Virus record (IMG/VR): IMGVR_UViG_3300030376_006203 | Span: 64,001 to 128,000 of that record | From: a virus | Taxonomy: Duplodnaviria; Caudoviricetes | Reading direction: 5' to 3' (one strand) | Length of the DNA: 64,000 bases | Shown here: positions 47,663 through 57,088 of the stretch, piece by piece | Layout: the number at the start of each line of letters is the position of its first letter | Numbering within the stretch: the first letter of the stretch is position 1 | The notes under the pieces: generated by a model | Databases searched by the model: none | What the model saw: only the letters and a program-made list of their open reading frames with translations | What the model was told of the DNA's origin: nothing | Program-made: the position numbers and the translations under genes

Positions 47663-48346
47663 TTAATGTGCGTGTTTAATGTAATATTCTTCTACTCTTT
47701 GCCACCAAAGGTCTTTGTATTTTGCGTAATTTAAAGGTGTAATGTCAAACTGCTGATAAGTCAAGTCTCTAGCACACATAAAAACGTGTCCTTCTTTTAT
47801 AGAAGTTCCATAAGTTTCATTGTGTGCTTCAGCATAAGCAACCAACTGTAAAAAGTAATCTTCAATCCATTCCTTCTTTTTAGGCTTGTTTGTCTGCTTA
47901 AAGTCAATAATGCAAGGTTCACCTTTGTATTCACCTACACAGTCTGTGGTACCTGCATATATTTTAGGAAAATATAACCCAACTTCACTGCCCCAAATCT
48001 CATTCACATCCTTCAAAGCATTTTCATGAACAACCTTTGCCATTTTAAATGCCTGTTGAGCATAAGGATTTGAACCTGGTTGATTCCATTCACCTTTAGC
48101 AATATAATCTTCTATGTATTTGTGCATTCTAGTTCCTATACCTGATGCCTCTTTTGTAATACGCACAGCATTTTGTTCGCCAACTCTTTTGCGCCATTCA
48201 ATAAGATGTGTTTTATCTTTGGTAGAATCCAGTATAGTGGTTACACTTGCCACAGCACTGCCGTCTGGACATTGATAAACTCTCTTGCCATTCAAAGAAG
48301 TTCGTGATAGTTTTTGATAATCTATTTTGTTTGTAATTAAAGTCAT
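47663..48346 (-). CDS. PD-(D/E)XK exonuclease (MGME1/Cas4-like)
   Basis: SVTTIL, GT.MH, AGTTD, IIDFKQ and YFLQL.AYA. Confidence 0.85.
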   Translation of the reverse strand: MTLITNKIDYQKLSRTSLNGKRVYQCPDGSAVASVTTILDSTKDKTHLIEWRKRVGEQNAVRITKEASGIGTRMHKYIEDYIAKGEWNQPGSNPYAQQAFKMAKVVHENALKDVNEIWGSEVGLYFPKIYAGTTDCVGEYKGEPCIIDFKQTNKPKKKEWIEDYFLQLVAYAEAHNETYGTSIKEGHVFMCARDLTYQQFDITPLNYAKYKDLWWQRVEEYYIKHAH

Positions 48347-48936
48347 TTATTTACTGCTTCGCTGTTGAATGCGAAACTCATTCTGTTGTTAGTTTTACTC
48401 AACGCATGACTGACATAATGCCATAACCATGACGGAAAGTACACACATTGATTTAGTTGTGGCTGTACATCTACCCTATCACTATTGAATTCATTCATGT
48501 GTTCTATTATATTGCTTTTGAACACATAACTCATTTGATTGTTTGGATTTATAAAAGTAAGTGGAGCACATCCAGTATCTGCTATGGGCCAATACACAGC
48601 ACTGAAAACTCCATCTACGTGTCTGTGTGGTGCTTCTATGGCACTGTTGTCACTGCCGTCATTTACCCAGAGACTGGAAACTATTTGTTTGTGGTTGTTG
48701 CTTAAACCGATTTGATTGTGTAGGTTGTTAAATCCATTTTCAATTTGCTGTACAAGTTCTTTTAACACAGGTTCATCTACATTAAGATGATTAGTGCCTG
48801 TGGATCTATAATTTGGTGTATTGTCGTGATGTATTTCTTCTCTAGACCAACTCACTAGTTCATCTTTGTTTGAGATGTCTATGTTTTCAACTGCGATGAA
48901 ACTGCTAAAGATAGGATTAATTTTCATAATACCCAT
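48343..48936 (-). CDS. 2OG-Fe(II) oxygenase (TIGR02466-like)
   Basis: HRH...FSAVYW, FPSWLWH and RMSFAFN. Confidence 0.8.
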   Translation of the reverse strand: MGIMKINPIFSSFIAVENIDISNKDELVSWSREEIHHDNTPNYRSTGTNHLNVDEPVLKELVQQIENGFNNLHNQIGLSNNHKQIVSSLWVNDGSDNSAIEAPHRHVDGVFSAVYWPIADTGCAPLTFINPNNQMSYVFKSNIIEHMNEFNSDRVDVQPQLNQCVYFPSWLWHYVSHALSKTNNRMSFAFNSEAVNK

Positions 48937-49035
48937 TTAGATAGGATAACTGCCACCACAATTACACTGATCAACCATAACCAGTTGTCCTCAATAAGGT
49001 CTTTGAATAATTGCCATGTAAGTTGTAATAAAGTT

Positions 49036-49395
49036 TTAATCATCGTTTTCTGTAGATAGTCTATCTAATTCGTCCACCATACTATCGTAGGATGGTCCGC
49101 CCCATTGATTGTATTCATAATAAGGTTTCACATCACTATTAGGATCATCTTCACCTTCTACAGTTTTTACTTCTGGAATATAATGTTTCATTGTGGATTC
49201 AATTCCTTTTTTAAGAGTGGCTGTGCTACCCGCACATCCTGAACAAGCACCTTTCATCATCATGGTCAGTTTGCCTGTTTCCATATCAAAGTCTTTTACT
49301 TCAACCATTCCACCATGTTGTGCCACAGTGTTGTTGATATATTTTTCCATCACGGATTTTATCTCGTGAAGTATTTCTTCTTTAGTTCTAGTCAT
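49036..49395 (-). CDS. nfuA: NifU/NfuA C-terminal domain Fe-S protein
   Basis: HGGMVE, GACSGC and TLKKGIE...PEV. Confidence 0.88.
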   Translation of the reverse strand: MTRTKEEILHEIKSVMEKYINNTVAQHGGMVEVKDFDMETGKLTMMMKGACSGCAGSTATLKKGIESTMKHYIPEVKTVEGEDDPNSDVKPYYEYNQWGGPSYDSMVDELDRLSTENDD

Positions 49396-49435
49396 AACAA
49401 TTAATATTACAACCTTTTTTTGGATTAGTCAAGTA

Positions 49436-49735
49436 TTATGAACGTTTTTTGGTTGCTCTCTTTGCCATTGTTTTTAGGCTGGAAGAACGATCACCTTTCT
49501 TGGTAGGCATATCTGGAGATTCAGCATCTGTGTCTAGTGTAATGCCTGATTGGTCAAATGATTTGATCATTTTTTTGATTGCTGAATTTCTATTGTACAC
49601 ACTTTTGAAACTGTCTGGAGTTACTGCGAAGCCTCCGACGTTGGACAAAATTTTGTTCAACGCATCAAAACTTAAAAATGCTTTTTGATTTTGAGAATCA
49701 GCACTGCTGATTAAATTTCTCAACACACGAATCAA
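49436..49735 (-). CDS. hypothetical protein, probably the -1 frameshift extension of the upstream gene
   Basis: Only a TTG start without SD; the frame is open back through the A9G run at 49765-49774. Confidence 0.55.
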   Translation of the reverse strand: MIRVLRNLISSADSQNQKAFLSFDALNKILSNVGGFAVTPDSFKSVYNRNSAIKKMIKSFDQSGITLDTDAESPDMPTKKGDRSSSLKTMAKRATKKRS

Positions 49736-49758
49736 GTCCGTGTCAGAGGCTTCAGAAA

Positions 49759-50949
49759 TTAAGCCTTTTTTTTTGAAAGTGTTTCTGCTAGTCTTCTAGA
49801 CAAATGTATGAATGATTCTCTCTTGCTTCTGTCTGCTGGTTCTTCACCGCCTGTTGCTGGTTCACTTGCTGAGAAGTCGTCTGCCTGATCTGGCATATCT
49901 GCATCATCATCTGTTGTTGGTTCCATTGCTGGTTCTTCAACGTCGCTGTCCGCACCAATTGTATCTGGTGCTTGTTCGCCTGTCAGTACGGCTACGCCGC
50001 CTGTTAATGCTTCTCTTGTTGCTTCTAGTGAAGTGTATAAAGATTCTAAACTAGGCTTCACTGCGTTTGTGAATTGTTCTGATTGCTCAACTCCCATTTC
50101 GTCTCTAATAGCATCTGCTAATTCTAACATTGATTCACTCTGCATAGATGCTGTGTCTTCCATCCAGCCTGTGATTTTATCAACCATGTCTTTAGCCGCC
50201 ATTACTAATTGAGCAGATTCTTCTGCGCCTTCTTTAACTTCTTTCTTTTTGTCTTTGATTGCTTTTTTCATTGGCTCTTTTTTATCGCCATCTTTGTCCA
50301 TATCTAAAAAGTCTGGTTTTGCTTTTTCTGTCATTGATTTTTGTAATAAGTCTTCTGCGTCTTGAAGTGTAAATTCTTTATCGCCTACTTTAAACTTATC
50401 TCCTTTTTTCATGCCTGCCGCTTTGGCTTTTTGTACTGCTTGAGCAAATGCGTTGCCTTCCATTGCTTCTGGTTCATATTCTGGTTCTTTCATTGAACCA
50501 TCATCTTCGAATTCTTTTTCAAGTCTTTCAAGTGCTCTTTTGATTACTTCTGAATCTTCTTTGCCTGCTCTTGATTTGATGTCAGCGGCAACGGCTTCTT
50601 TGTTCATTTTTAATGCTTCTTTTTCAGCATCAAAATAATCGCCTATCATTTCTTCTGCCGCTTGGTCTACTTTTTTGAAATAACCTTCTTTTGCTACTTG
50701 TCTATCTTGTATTGCTGATGTGATTACATCTAGGAACATTTTTTGCTTGTGATAGTCTTCGTTGTGGCTTAAACCATCAAATGATTCAGTTTGTTCAATA
50801 TCGCTTATCTTGTTGATAATGCTTGATTGAGCACTTTCTAACTGCTCATCTGTGAATTGATCTAATTTAATTGAAGAGCCAAACACTTTTGCCAGTCTAT
50901 CATTCAACTGTTCTGTTGTTGCTTGGTATCTAAATTGCTCTATCTTCAT
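49759..50949 (-). CDS. acidic prohead core/scaffold-like protein
   Basis: E/D/K-rich, KPDFLDMDKDGD motif, AQLVMAAKDMVD, several xxE-type putative cleavage motifs. Confidence 0.55.
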   Translation of the reverse strand: MKIEQFRYQATTEQLNDRLAKVFGSSIKLDQFTDEQLESAQSSIINKISDIEQTESFDGLSHNEDYHKQKMFLDVITSAIQDRQVAKEGYFKKVDQAAEEMIGDYFDAEKEALKMNKEAVAADIKSRAGKEDSEVIKRALERLEKEFEDDGSMKEPEYEPEAMEGNAFAQAVQKAKAAGMKKGDKFKVGDKEFTLQDAEDLLQKSMTEKAKPDFLDMDKDGDKKEPMKKAIKDKKKEVKEGAEESAQLVMAAKDMVDKITGWMEDTASMQSESMLELADAIRDEMGVEQSEQFTNAVKPSLESLYTSLEATREALTGGVAVLTGEQAPDTIGADSDVEEPAMEPTTDDDADMPDQADDFSASEPATGGEEPADRSKRESFIHLSRRLAETLSKKKA

Positions 50950-50969
50950 TGTTTTGTTCCTTTACTAAT

Positions 50970-51395
50970 TTATTTATCAAATATGTAGTCGTCCAGGGTA
51001 TCTCTTAACTTGAGTAAATCCTCCCAAACAATGTCGTATCGTATATTAGCCGATTCTCGTGTTATATCATCGTCGGTTCTGGCTATTGTGTGCTTGTAAA
51101 ACACACATTCGTTGTATTTGTTGTGTATTTGATCGTCAGTGGTTCTGATCATTTTCAGCACAGATTGGTTGTTTTGGGCCATTTGCTTTGCCATAGCCAA
51201 TGCCGCTGTTTTTGTGAATGTTGTTGCCACCTGTCTGTGTTTCTTAATATCATACAGCAAAAATCCCATGCTGTTTTCACGTACCACATAGTTCTTGATA
51301 CGTAGACTGTTGCCATGTTGAATGGGTAGACTGATGGTTTCAGCCTGCTTGTCTATGAACTTTCTTAATTTTTTAGATAGTTTTTGTAGATCCAT
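50970..51395 (-). CDS. hypothetical protein
   Basis: Tightly coupled ORF; start MDLQKL. Confidence 0.55.
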   Translation of the reverse strand: MDLQKLSKKLRKFIDKQAETISLPIQHGNSLRIKNYVVRENSMGFLLYDIKKHRQVATTFTKTAALAMAKQMAQNNQSVLKMIRTTDDQIHNKYNECVFYKHTIARTDDDITRESANIRYDIVWEDLLKLRDTLDDYIFDK

Positions 51396-51588
51396 TAGCA
51401 ACCACCATTGTTTTATTGTCACGTTCTATGCGACGTACCAAACTTTTATTGATAAGATTTCTTATTACTTCTTGTTCGCGTTCCATAAAATTTTCAATGT
51501 CTTTTATTTCTTTAAGTTTATTCAACATTGTTTTTTCCTCATTGGAAGTTTGAATTACAAAATCTTGTATAAGTTCGTTAATTTTCAT
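51373..51588 (-). CDS. hypothetical protein (MKINEL leader)
   Basis: Coupled ORF; LINKSLV motif. Confidence 0.6.
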   Translation of the reverse strand: MKINELIQDFVIQTSNEEKTMLNKLKEIKDIENFMEREQEVIRNLINKSLVRRIERDNKTMVVANGSTKTI

Positions 51589-51965
51589 TATTGTGTTGCT
51601 TTTTGTCTACGTTGTAGATTTGTGATTACAGGATCTAAATCTTTTTTATTCACTGTAATCGATTGTGGTGCTTGAGGTGTAGGTCTTTTGGTTTTCATTG
51701 TTACTTGATCACCTTGGACTTTGTCCACTTCATAATCCGTTTCTTTGTTTGCTCCTGTTGGCATAGGCACAGTTTTACCTGGCTTTACTATCTGTTGCTG
51801 TGCTTGAGTGTTGGTTTGTTTCAGTGGTGCTTTCACTGATCCTGATTTAATTGGACCTTTAGGAAGTTTGTTAGGAGGCACAGGTGCTCCTGTTTTTTGT
51901 TGACTACCCAAGGTATTCAATGTCTTTTGTAGGTAAGGTGTTTCTGTAATATCTCTTATCTTCAT
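51588..51965 (-). CDS. hypothetical protein (MKIRDITE leader)
   Basis: Coupled ORF. Confidence 0.6.
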   Translation of the reverse strand: MKIRDITETPYLQKTLNTLGSQQKTGAPVPPNKLPKGPIKSGSVKAPLKQTNTQAQQQIVKPGKTVPMPTGANKETDYEVDKVQGDQVTMKTKRPTPQAPQSITVNKKDLDPVITNLQRRQKATQ

Positions 51966-52324
51966 GTTTTGATTGGCTTTCTTCTGTACGTGCTTCTTTT
52001 GAATGTTTTACGTCCAACACTTCTTCTGTTTGGTCTGCTTCTAGATGCACTAGGTCTATTCATTTTACCTACTCTAATACTGGCTCCTGCCGTTTTTTTT
52101 GTTCTTGATCTTTTAATTTTCATTGAAGAACCATAACGTGCTTTGGCTTTTTTAATTGCCATTACTCCACTTATTTTTTTAGGCTGAGTACAAACACTTG
52201 GTGAACTGACGACACGTCCTTTTCTAGGACCTGCTGTACATCTGTACTTTCGCACCATTTTGCCGCCTTTGGTACGAGACCAAATTTGTACAACTGATTC
52301 TGTTACTATTTCTGTTATTTTCAT
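51962..52324 (-). CDS. highly basic hypothetical protein (MKITEIVTE leader)
   Basis: RKYRC..G.RKGRVV..P..C motif. Confidence 0.65.
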   Translation of the reverse strand: MKITEIVTESVVQIWSRTKGGKMVRKYRCTAGPRKGRVVSSPSVCTQPKKISGVMAIKKAKARYGSSMKIKRSRTKKTAGASIRVGKMNRPSASRSRPNRRSVGRKTFKRSTYRRKPIKT

Positions 52325-52374
52325 ACCTAAACCTGTATAGTATGAATATTTAGCACTTGTGGGGGGTGTTTTAA

Positions 52375-52608
52375 TTAACCTGGAAACTTCAATAACAGCA
52401 CAACAATAGTGGATAGTAAGCCAGCAACTATTGTTCCTGTGGCACCTATGATCACTTTAACCATACTCTTATTGCCTGTTTGAATATCTTCGTGAATAGA
52501 CTCTACCTTTTCCTCGATTTTTTCTAAACGAGTCTCAAGGTTTTTGTATCTCTGTTCGCACAAATCAACGTGTGCTTCTAAATTTTGTTTTTCCAGCTCA
52601 GTAGCCAT
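52375..52608 (-). CDS. coiled-coil protein with C-terminal TM
   Basis: LEAHVDLCEQRY..LE.RL and a hydrophobic C-terminus. Confidence 0.65.
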   Translation of the reverse strand: MATELEKQNLEAHVDLCEQRYKNLETRLEKIEEKVESIHEDIQTGNKSMVKVIIGATGTIVAGLLSTIVVLLLKFPG

Positions 52609-52707
52609 TTCTCTCACTTCCGTTGTTAATCAATTTTATTTCTCTTGGAAGATGCCTTGTATTTTGTGCCTCTGTAAGCCTTGTATTGTATTTATTCCAC
52701 ATCAACA

Positions 52708-53112
52708 TCAGTTATCTATTTGTTTAATGAACAGTATATTGGTGTGTTCTGGATCCATTGTCCTGTATGCTCCAGTTTTAATTTTGATGGTCTCGTCCAA
52801 ACCTATAATCATTGGAATAAGATCAAAGTCCTCTTCAAAGAATTCTTGCTTCACAGCATCTGGAAAATCAAGTTCAATTACTGTGGTCCATACCATGTGT
52901 TCTCCCACGTAATTTTCACCAAACTTAAAATTGGTAATGTCCTGTATTTCTGCTTTGGGTCCTGACACAATACTCACATTGGATCTCAATTGAAGTGAGT
53001 TCTCAAAAGTCATGTAATTAGCATATTGATTGGCAGGCTTGTCCTCTGCTGAGCGAGTACGTCTTGCCATGGTTTTTGTGATGTCCAGTAGTGATAATAT
53101 TTTGTATCTCAT
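52708..53112 (-). CDS. hypothetical virion-cluster protein
   Basis: LDITKT, LQLRSN and IPMIIGLDET motifs. Confidence 0.6.
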   Translation of the reverse strand: MRYKILSLLDITKTMARRTRSAEDKPANQYANYMTFENSLQLRSNVSIVSGPKAEIQDITNFKFGENYVGEHMVWTTVIELDFPDAVKQEFFEEDFDLIPMIIGLDETIKIKTGAYRTMDPEHTNILFIKQIDN

Positions 53113-53148
53113 GTGCTGTTGTTCCTAGCACATTTACTTATATCTCAT

Positions 53149-53182
53149 AAAAAAAGAGCGTCCAGTTTCCTGAACGCTCTTT
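53149..53182 (-). terminator. intrinsic terminator
   Basis: AAAGAGCGT...ACGCTCTTT hairpin with a T run on the minus strand. Confidence 0.75.
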
Positions 53183-53217
53183 AATATTACTTTGTAACTT
53201 ACTTTGTAATCCTAAGA

Positions 53218-53466
53218 TTACGCAGTGAATGTTGCAACTAGTGAAATTCCACCAACTGCTTCTGCGCCACCTGGGCCACCTTGTACTGCAAGGTGATTAC
53301 CGTTAGCCGTACCTTCAACTGCCGCTATTGTGCCGTTGTAAGTTGTTGTGATTGAAGTTATCGCATCAGCATGAGTAATAGTTCCTGTTGCTACTGCATA
53401 GATGTAAGTAGTTGGACCTAAACCGCTTTTTGCTACAACTGTCGCTGAGTTTGTTCTTGTTGCCAT
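53218..53466 (-). CDS. small Ala/Thr/Gly-rich putative structural protein
   Basis: TAAATA promoter, 5' hairpin ACACTTCG-GAG-CGAAGTGT, GAGGAG RBS and its own terminator. Confidence 0.65.
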   Translation of the reverse strand: MATRTNSATVVAKSGLGPTTYIYAVATGTITHADAITSITTTYNGTIAAVEGTANGNHLAVQGGPGGAEAVGGISLVATFTA

Positions 53467-53561
53467 TGTTTTTCTCCTCTTTATCGTTTAATGACACACT
53501 TCGCTCCGAAGTGTATATGCAATTATTTAGTAGGTTTTGGTAAAATATGTGTGCTACTATA

Positions 53562-54467
53562 TTATTTTCGGCTCTTTTTGGCTCTAGATTGTAATGCTTT
53601 AAGCACACTTACAAAAGCCGGGCCTGCTGTTACTATATCATTTATTAATTGTATTGCTGGTAGATAGGCACCCACTATTGAAGATGGTATTGACTTGCCT
53701 GAAAGAGCAGAGTCTATGAAACGTTTTACAGCCACTAGATTTTTGCCTCCCACTAGATATCTATACAATGCTAGGTCTCTACCTTGTACACTCACATCTG
53801 GTACACTCACCTTAGGTTCAGCATCATTAACTCTGCCTGTTTCTAAATTCCTATCAGCGGCTAATTTTTCCAAGTGTTCTATGCTGTCTGAACTTCTCAA
53901 TTTTGCTCTTGCGGCATGAAGCAATCTTGTCACTAAATTTTGTTTGTCACGGACTGACAAGGTGTTGAATTGAAATAAACTTCTTCTTATTGATTTGTAG
54001 TCTGCGTTTCTTATCTTTAAACCAGTTTCAATGCCCAAAAACACCTGCATGATACTGGGTGCTATTAGTCCTTGTTGTAGAGCACCAAGGTATCTGTTGA
54101 ACGCCATTGTAGGAAAACTGCTTTTGTTTCTCATTTCCATAGCACTTTTTGGATCTTTTAATTTATTGATTGCTTCTTCGTCACCTGTGACAAAATACAC
54201 AAAGTTGTATAAATCTGTGGAATACATTCTAAATCTATCATAATTTGAATGCTTGGTTTCCCTAGCATATCTTGTGGCTATTTGTCTGTATGTAGGATAT
54301 TGATTCAACAGTTGAAGTATCAACAGTGTAAGATACAATCTTTCTGTACAATCTGTATATGTAAGGACTTTTTGATCCCTTGAATCACGAGTCATACGTG
54401 CTTCAAACAATGAACTTAAAAAGTCCAATTGATTAGTAGTTGCTAGGTTCTGCTTTATCGATTCCAT
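53562..54467 (-). CDS. hypothetical protein
   Basis: LFEARM and FRMYSTDLYN motifs; long ORF. Confidence 0.65.
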   Translation of the reverse strand: MESIKQNLATTNQLDFLSSLFEARMTRDSRDQKVLTYTDCTERLYLTLLILQLLNQYPTYRQIATRYARETKHSNYDRFRMYSTDLYNFVYFVTGDEEAINKLKDPKSAMEMRNKSSFPTMAFNRYLGALQQGLIAPSIMQVFLGIETGLKIRNADYKSIRRSLFQFNTLSVRDKQNLVTRLLHAARAKLRSSDSIEHLEKLAADRNLETGRVNDAEPKVSVPDVSVQGRDLALYRYLVGGKNLVAVKRFIDSALSGKSIPSSIVGAYLPAIQLINDIVTAGPAFVSVLKALQSRAKKSRK

Positions 54468-54807
54468 ATGTTGACACAAATAATTCTACCATATCTTTTG
54501 CTTGTAAAAACTTTTCAATGGTTTGACTTTGTTGAAGATCTTTTGTGAACTGTGCTTTGACCTGAGGTTTAACACTAGGTGCAGTTAACAATCTTCTCAA
54601 CACTGTGGCTTGATTCATTGATACTTTGAATTTTTTGCCATCATCTGTTGTTACTGTGTCCAATGGATTTGGATTGCCTCGACTGTCCAGTATTTTGCCT
54701 AATTGATTGAATATAGAATCCTGCTTGAATTCTTTATCCATTCCCGCATTTGGATCATCTGCTGGATCTATGTCTTTAAACTCTTTAATAAATTCTTTTG
54801 CTTTCAT
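54433..54807 (-). CDS. hypothetical protein (MKAKEFIKE leader)
   Basis: AAGGAG RBS; coupled ORF. Confidence 0.6.
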   Translation of the reverse strand: MKAKEFIKEFKDIDPADDPNAGMDKEFKQDSIFNQLGKILDSRGNPNPLDTVTTDDGKKFKVSMNQATVLRRLLTAPSVKPQVKAQFTKDLQQSQTIEKFLQAKDMVELFVSTYGIDKAEPSNY

Positions 54808-54817
54808 TGTGTTCTCC

Positions 54818-55951
54818 TTATCTATTTATCGCTCTGTTGGCTCTAGTGAATCCAGAACGTTTCACCAATTTCATATTGCCTTCAGGAGACCCTAGTACAT
54901 AGCCTTCTCCGCCCGGTTTGCCATTGATTGTTGCTGTGATATCGCCCTGTGCTGAATCCAATTGATTGATGATTGAATCTTTCACTGTCATTATTCCGCC
55001 AACCAAATTCCACAGTTTGCTGAATGCGTTCATGTTTGCTGTTACATATTCTTTAATTTTAATTCTTTTAGGCTGGCTCACAGCACTTGCCGCCAACCAT
55101 CTTAAAAAATCATCACCTAATCTTTTCAATCCTGTATCAACTTTGCTGTTGGTGTAGGTGTACAAAATGTTAGGTAGATCAGTCAATTTCATTTGTGCTA
55201 TTTTGTTTTTGTTCAACAGTTTGTCTATGTCTGCTCCACTGTTGTTTACAAGTGATTTCAATTGGTCTAGTCCTTTTACTTGTATAGGATCTTTTTTGTT
55301 GATTGTTGTAGGTGGGATAGCCAATACAGAACCTTGTACCATGTCTAAATCTTTAATGGGTAGTATTTTTCCATCCTCAGTCAATGTGTGATGTACAACA
55401 ACTCCAACTTTACTGTTGGCAATCTTTTGTCCCAGTTCACTATTCGCATCTACATTGTATTGTACAACATTAGGTTTGAATACTAAACTGTTGCCTGATT
55501 TTTTAGGTGTAGCAAAGTATAACATATCTCCTACAAAATATCCTTGAAAGTTTTCAGGCACTGCTTCTGCCATTGTGTTAAACACTGAAGCCATTTTAGA
55601 AGCATATTGAGATTGTGATTTCTTTTTGGTAGCGTCTTTGCCTCTACTCATAATTACACTTTTTAAATCTTCAGGGTTTGTTGCTCTACCATCATAACCT
55701 TTAGCAACAAATCCAGACTTGTCTGTAAAAATAAATTCACCATTAGGATTTCTACCAAACACCACAGCAGGAGAACCATCCCACTTGATTGTAAGTGACT
55801 GTGTGCTTTTGCTTAATGATTGTAATTGTTCAATGGCTCTTATGGCTCCTTTGGAACCTTCCCAGAAGATTAAATCTTCTGCGTGTTGTATTCTTGATTC
55901 TTTCAGTGCGACATTCTTTTTGTCCACTTCTTTAAATTCTACTAATCTCAT
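54818..55951 (-). CDS. ligase-like covalent nucleotidyltransferase fold protein (DUF6267-like)
   Basis: IQHAED, KWDGSPA (KxDG), GDMLY, GEGYV and KLVKR. Confidence 0.6.
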   Translation of the reverse strand: MRLVEFKEVDKKNVALKESRIQHAEDLIFWEGSKGAIRAIEQLQSLSKSTQSLTIKWDGSPAVVFGRNPNGEFIFTDKSGFVAKGYDGRATNPEDLKSVIMSRGKDATKKKSQSQYASKMASVFNTMAEAVPENFQGYFVGDMLYFATPKKSGNSLVFKPNVVQYNVDANSELGQKIANSKVGVVVHHTLTEDGKILPIKDLDMVQGSVLAIPPTTINKKDPIQVKGLDQLKSLVNNSGADIDKLLNKNKIAQMKLTDLPNILYTYTNSKVDTGLKRLGDDFLRWLAASAVSQPKRIKIKEYVTANMNAFSKLWNLVGGIMTVKDSIINQLDSAQGDITATINGKPGGEGYVLGSPEGNMKLVKRSGFTRANRAINR

Positions 55952-56700
55952 ATTTTTATTTTGTTAAGTAATCTTCTGTACCAGCCAATAGGGTCATTCA
56001 TATTCTCAGGCAATTTTTTACCCATCTTGGCAAATGAATCTTTTACATCTGCCATCAAAGTATCATAGTCTGATCTGCCTTTAATTTTTGCGTGAATCGT
56101 TTCCACAGTGTTAAGATCATTGGCAGTTGCTCCTTTGCCCAACAATAATTCTGCTATCTTGTTAGGGTCTTTAGTCACTGGTTCATTGGTGTCTCTGTTG
56201 AGTAGTCCTGCTTTGTGACTCCATTTGTATCCAAGTGGTTTGGCAATAGAAGCCATCATCACGTGTCTGTCTGCACCTTTGTATTCTGATCCAGGTTCGC
56301 CACCTTGTAAACTCCACTTCATCCATTCCGGATCACCAAACATTAAATCTGTTTGTACATAACCATTCTTGGCACTGCCTCTGATAGGAGTTTTAAAGTG
56401 AACACTGATCCCGCTCTTCTTAACCCACAGTTTAGGATCTTGTTTGTTTTGTATTGCCCACTGATTCAATTTGTCTGCCAATTGATCTTTAGTAACTTTG
56501 GATTGATCAATAGCAACATCTAAATCTCCTGAAGTGGGTGCTTTACCAGTGGTACCTAATGTGTTGTTTTGTAAATCTAGTCCTGTAATTTTTTCTAACC
56601 AGGCAAGTGTGGGAGACACATCTGCTTGATTAATTCTAGTTGTGGCTATTTGTCCATTAGGATCTTTGAATACATTGCCACCCTCTTTAAGAATCTTCAT
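55948..56700 (-). CDS. Pol-beta-superfamily nucleotidyltransferase-like protein
   Basis: LGTTGK...SGDLDVAI and VQTDLM; EGGNVF N-terminus. Confidence 0.6.
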   Translation of the reverse strand: MKILKEGGNVFKDPNGQIATTRINQADVSPTLAWLEKITGLDLQNNTLGTTGKAPTSGDLDVAIDQSKVTKDQLADKLNQWAIQNKQDPKLWVKKSGISVHFKTPIRGSAKNGYVQTDLMFGDPEWMKWSLQGGEPGSEYKGADRHVMMASIAKPLGYKWSHKAGLLNRDTNEPVTKDPNKIAELLLGKGATANDLNTVETIHAKIKGRSDYDTLMADVKDSFAKMGKKLPENMNDPIGWYRRLLNKIKI

Positions 56701-56953
56701 TTGTCTTTTTACTTTCAATTATTTTTTTAATGCCAACTTGAAACTTCTTGGCTTCCTTGTTACGAATACTGTTTAAAAAACGTCTTTCCAACTCCTGTGC
56801 TTGTTCTTCTGGGTAATTCTCTGCTATTGTGTTCAACAGATTCACAGCACTTTCGATGATGTTTGAGCCTGTTGTTTCTATGAAGGCTTCAGCGTCATTG
56901 ACTCTGCCAATGTTTCTTAATTCATCTAGTATGCTTCTGGTACGTTTTTTCAT
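56687..56953 (-). CDS. conserved hypothetical protein
   Basis: TRSILDEL...IESAVNLL...ELERR.LNSIR. Confidence 0.6.
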   Translation of the reverse strand: MKKRTRSILDELRNIGRVNDAEAFIETTGSNIIESAVNLLNTIAENYPEEQAQELERRFLNSIRNKEAKKFQVGIKKIIESKKTNEDS

Positions 56954-57069
56954 AGTCTTGCCCTACTTTTTACTATTTACCGATTAGAAAGCAAATATAA
57001 AGCAGGTATTCATAGTATAGCAGGTCTAATTTTGGTTGTCAATCTTTTAATTGATGGTGTATTTGTGCC

Positions 57070-57077
57070 TATAAATA
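57070..57077 (+). promoter_or_regulatory. T4-type late promoter
   Basis: Exact TATAAATA 11 nt upstream of ATG 57089; the TAAATA core precedes many other genes. Confidence 0.7.
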
Positions 57078-57088
57078 CATATATTATT

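Noticed and set aside
47663-48346. Cas4-like nuclease as a sign of CRISPR-Cas
   Set aside because: No Fe-S cysteine set, other cas genes or repeat-spacer array was seen; this is a common stand-alone phage exonuclease.
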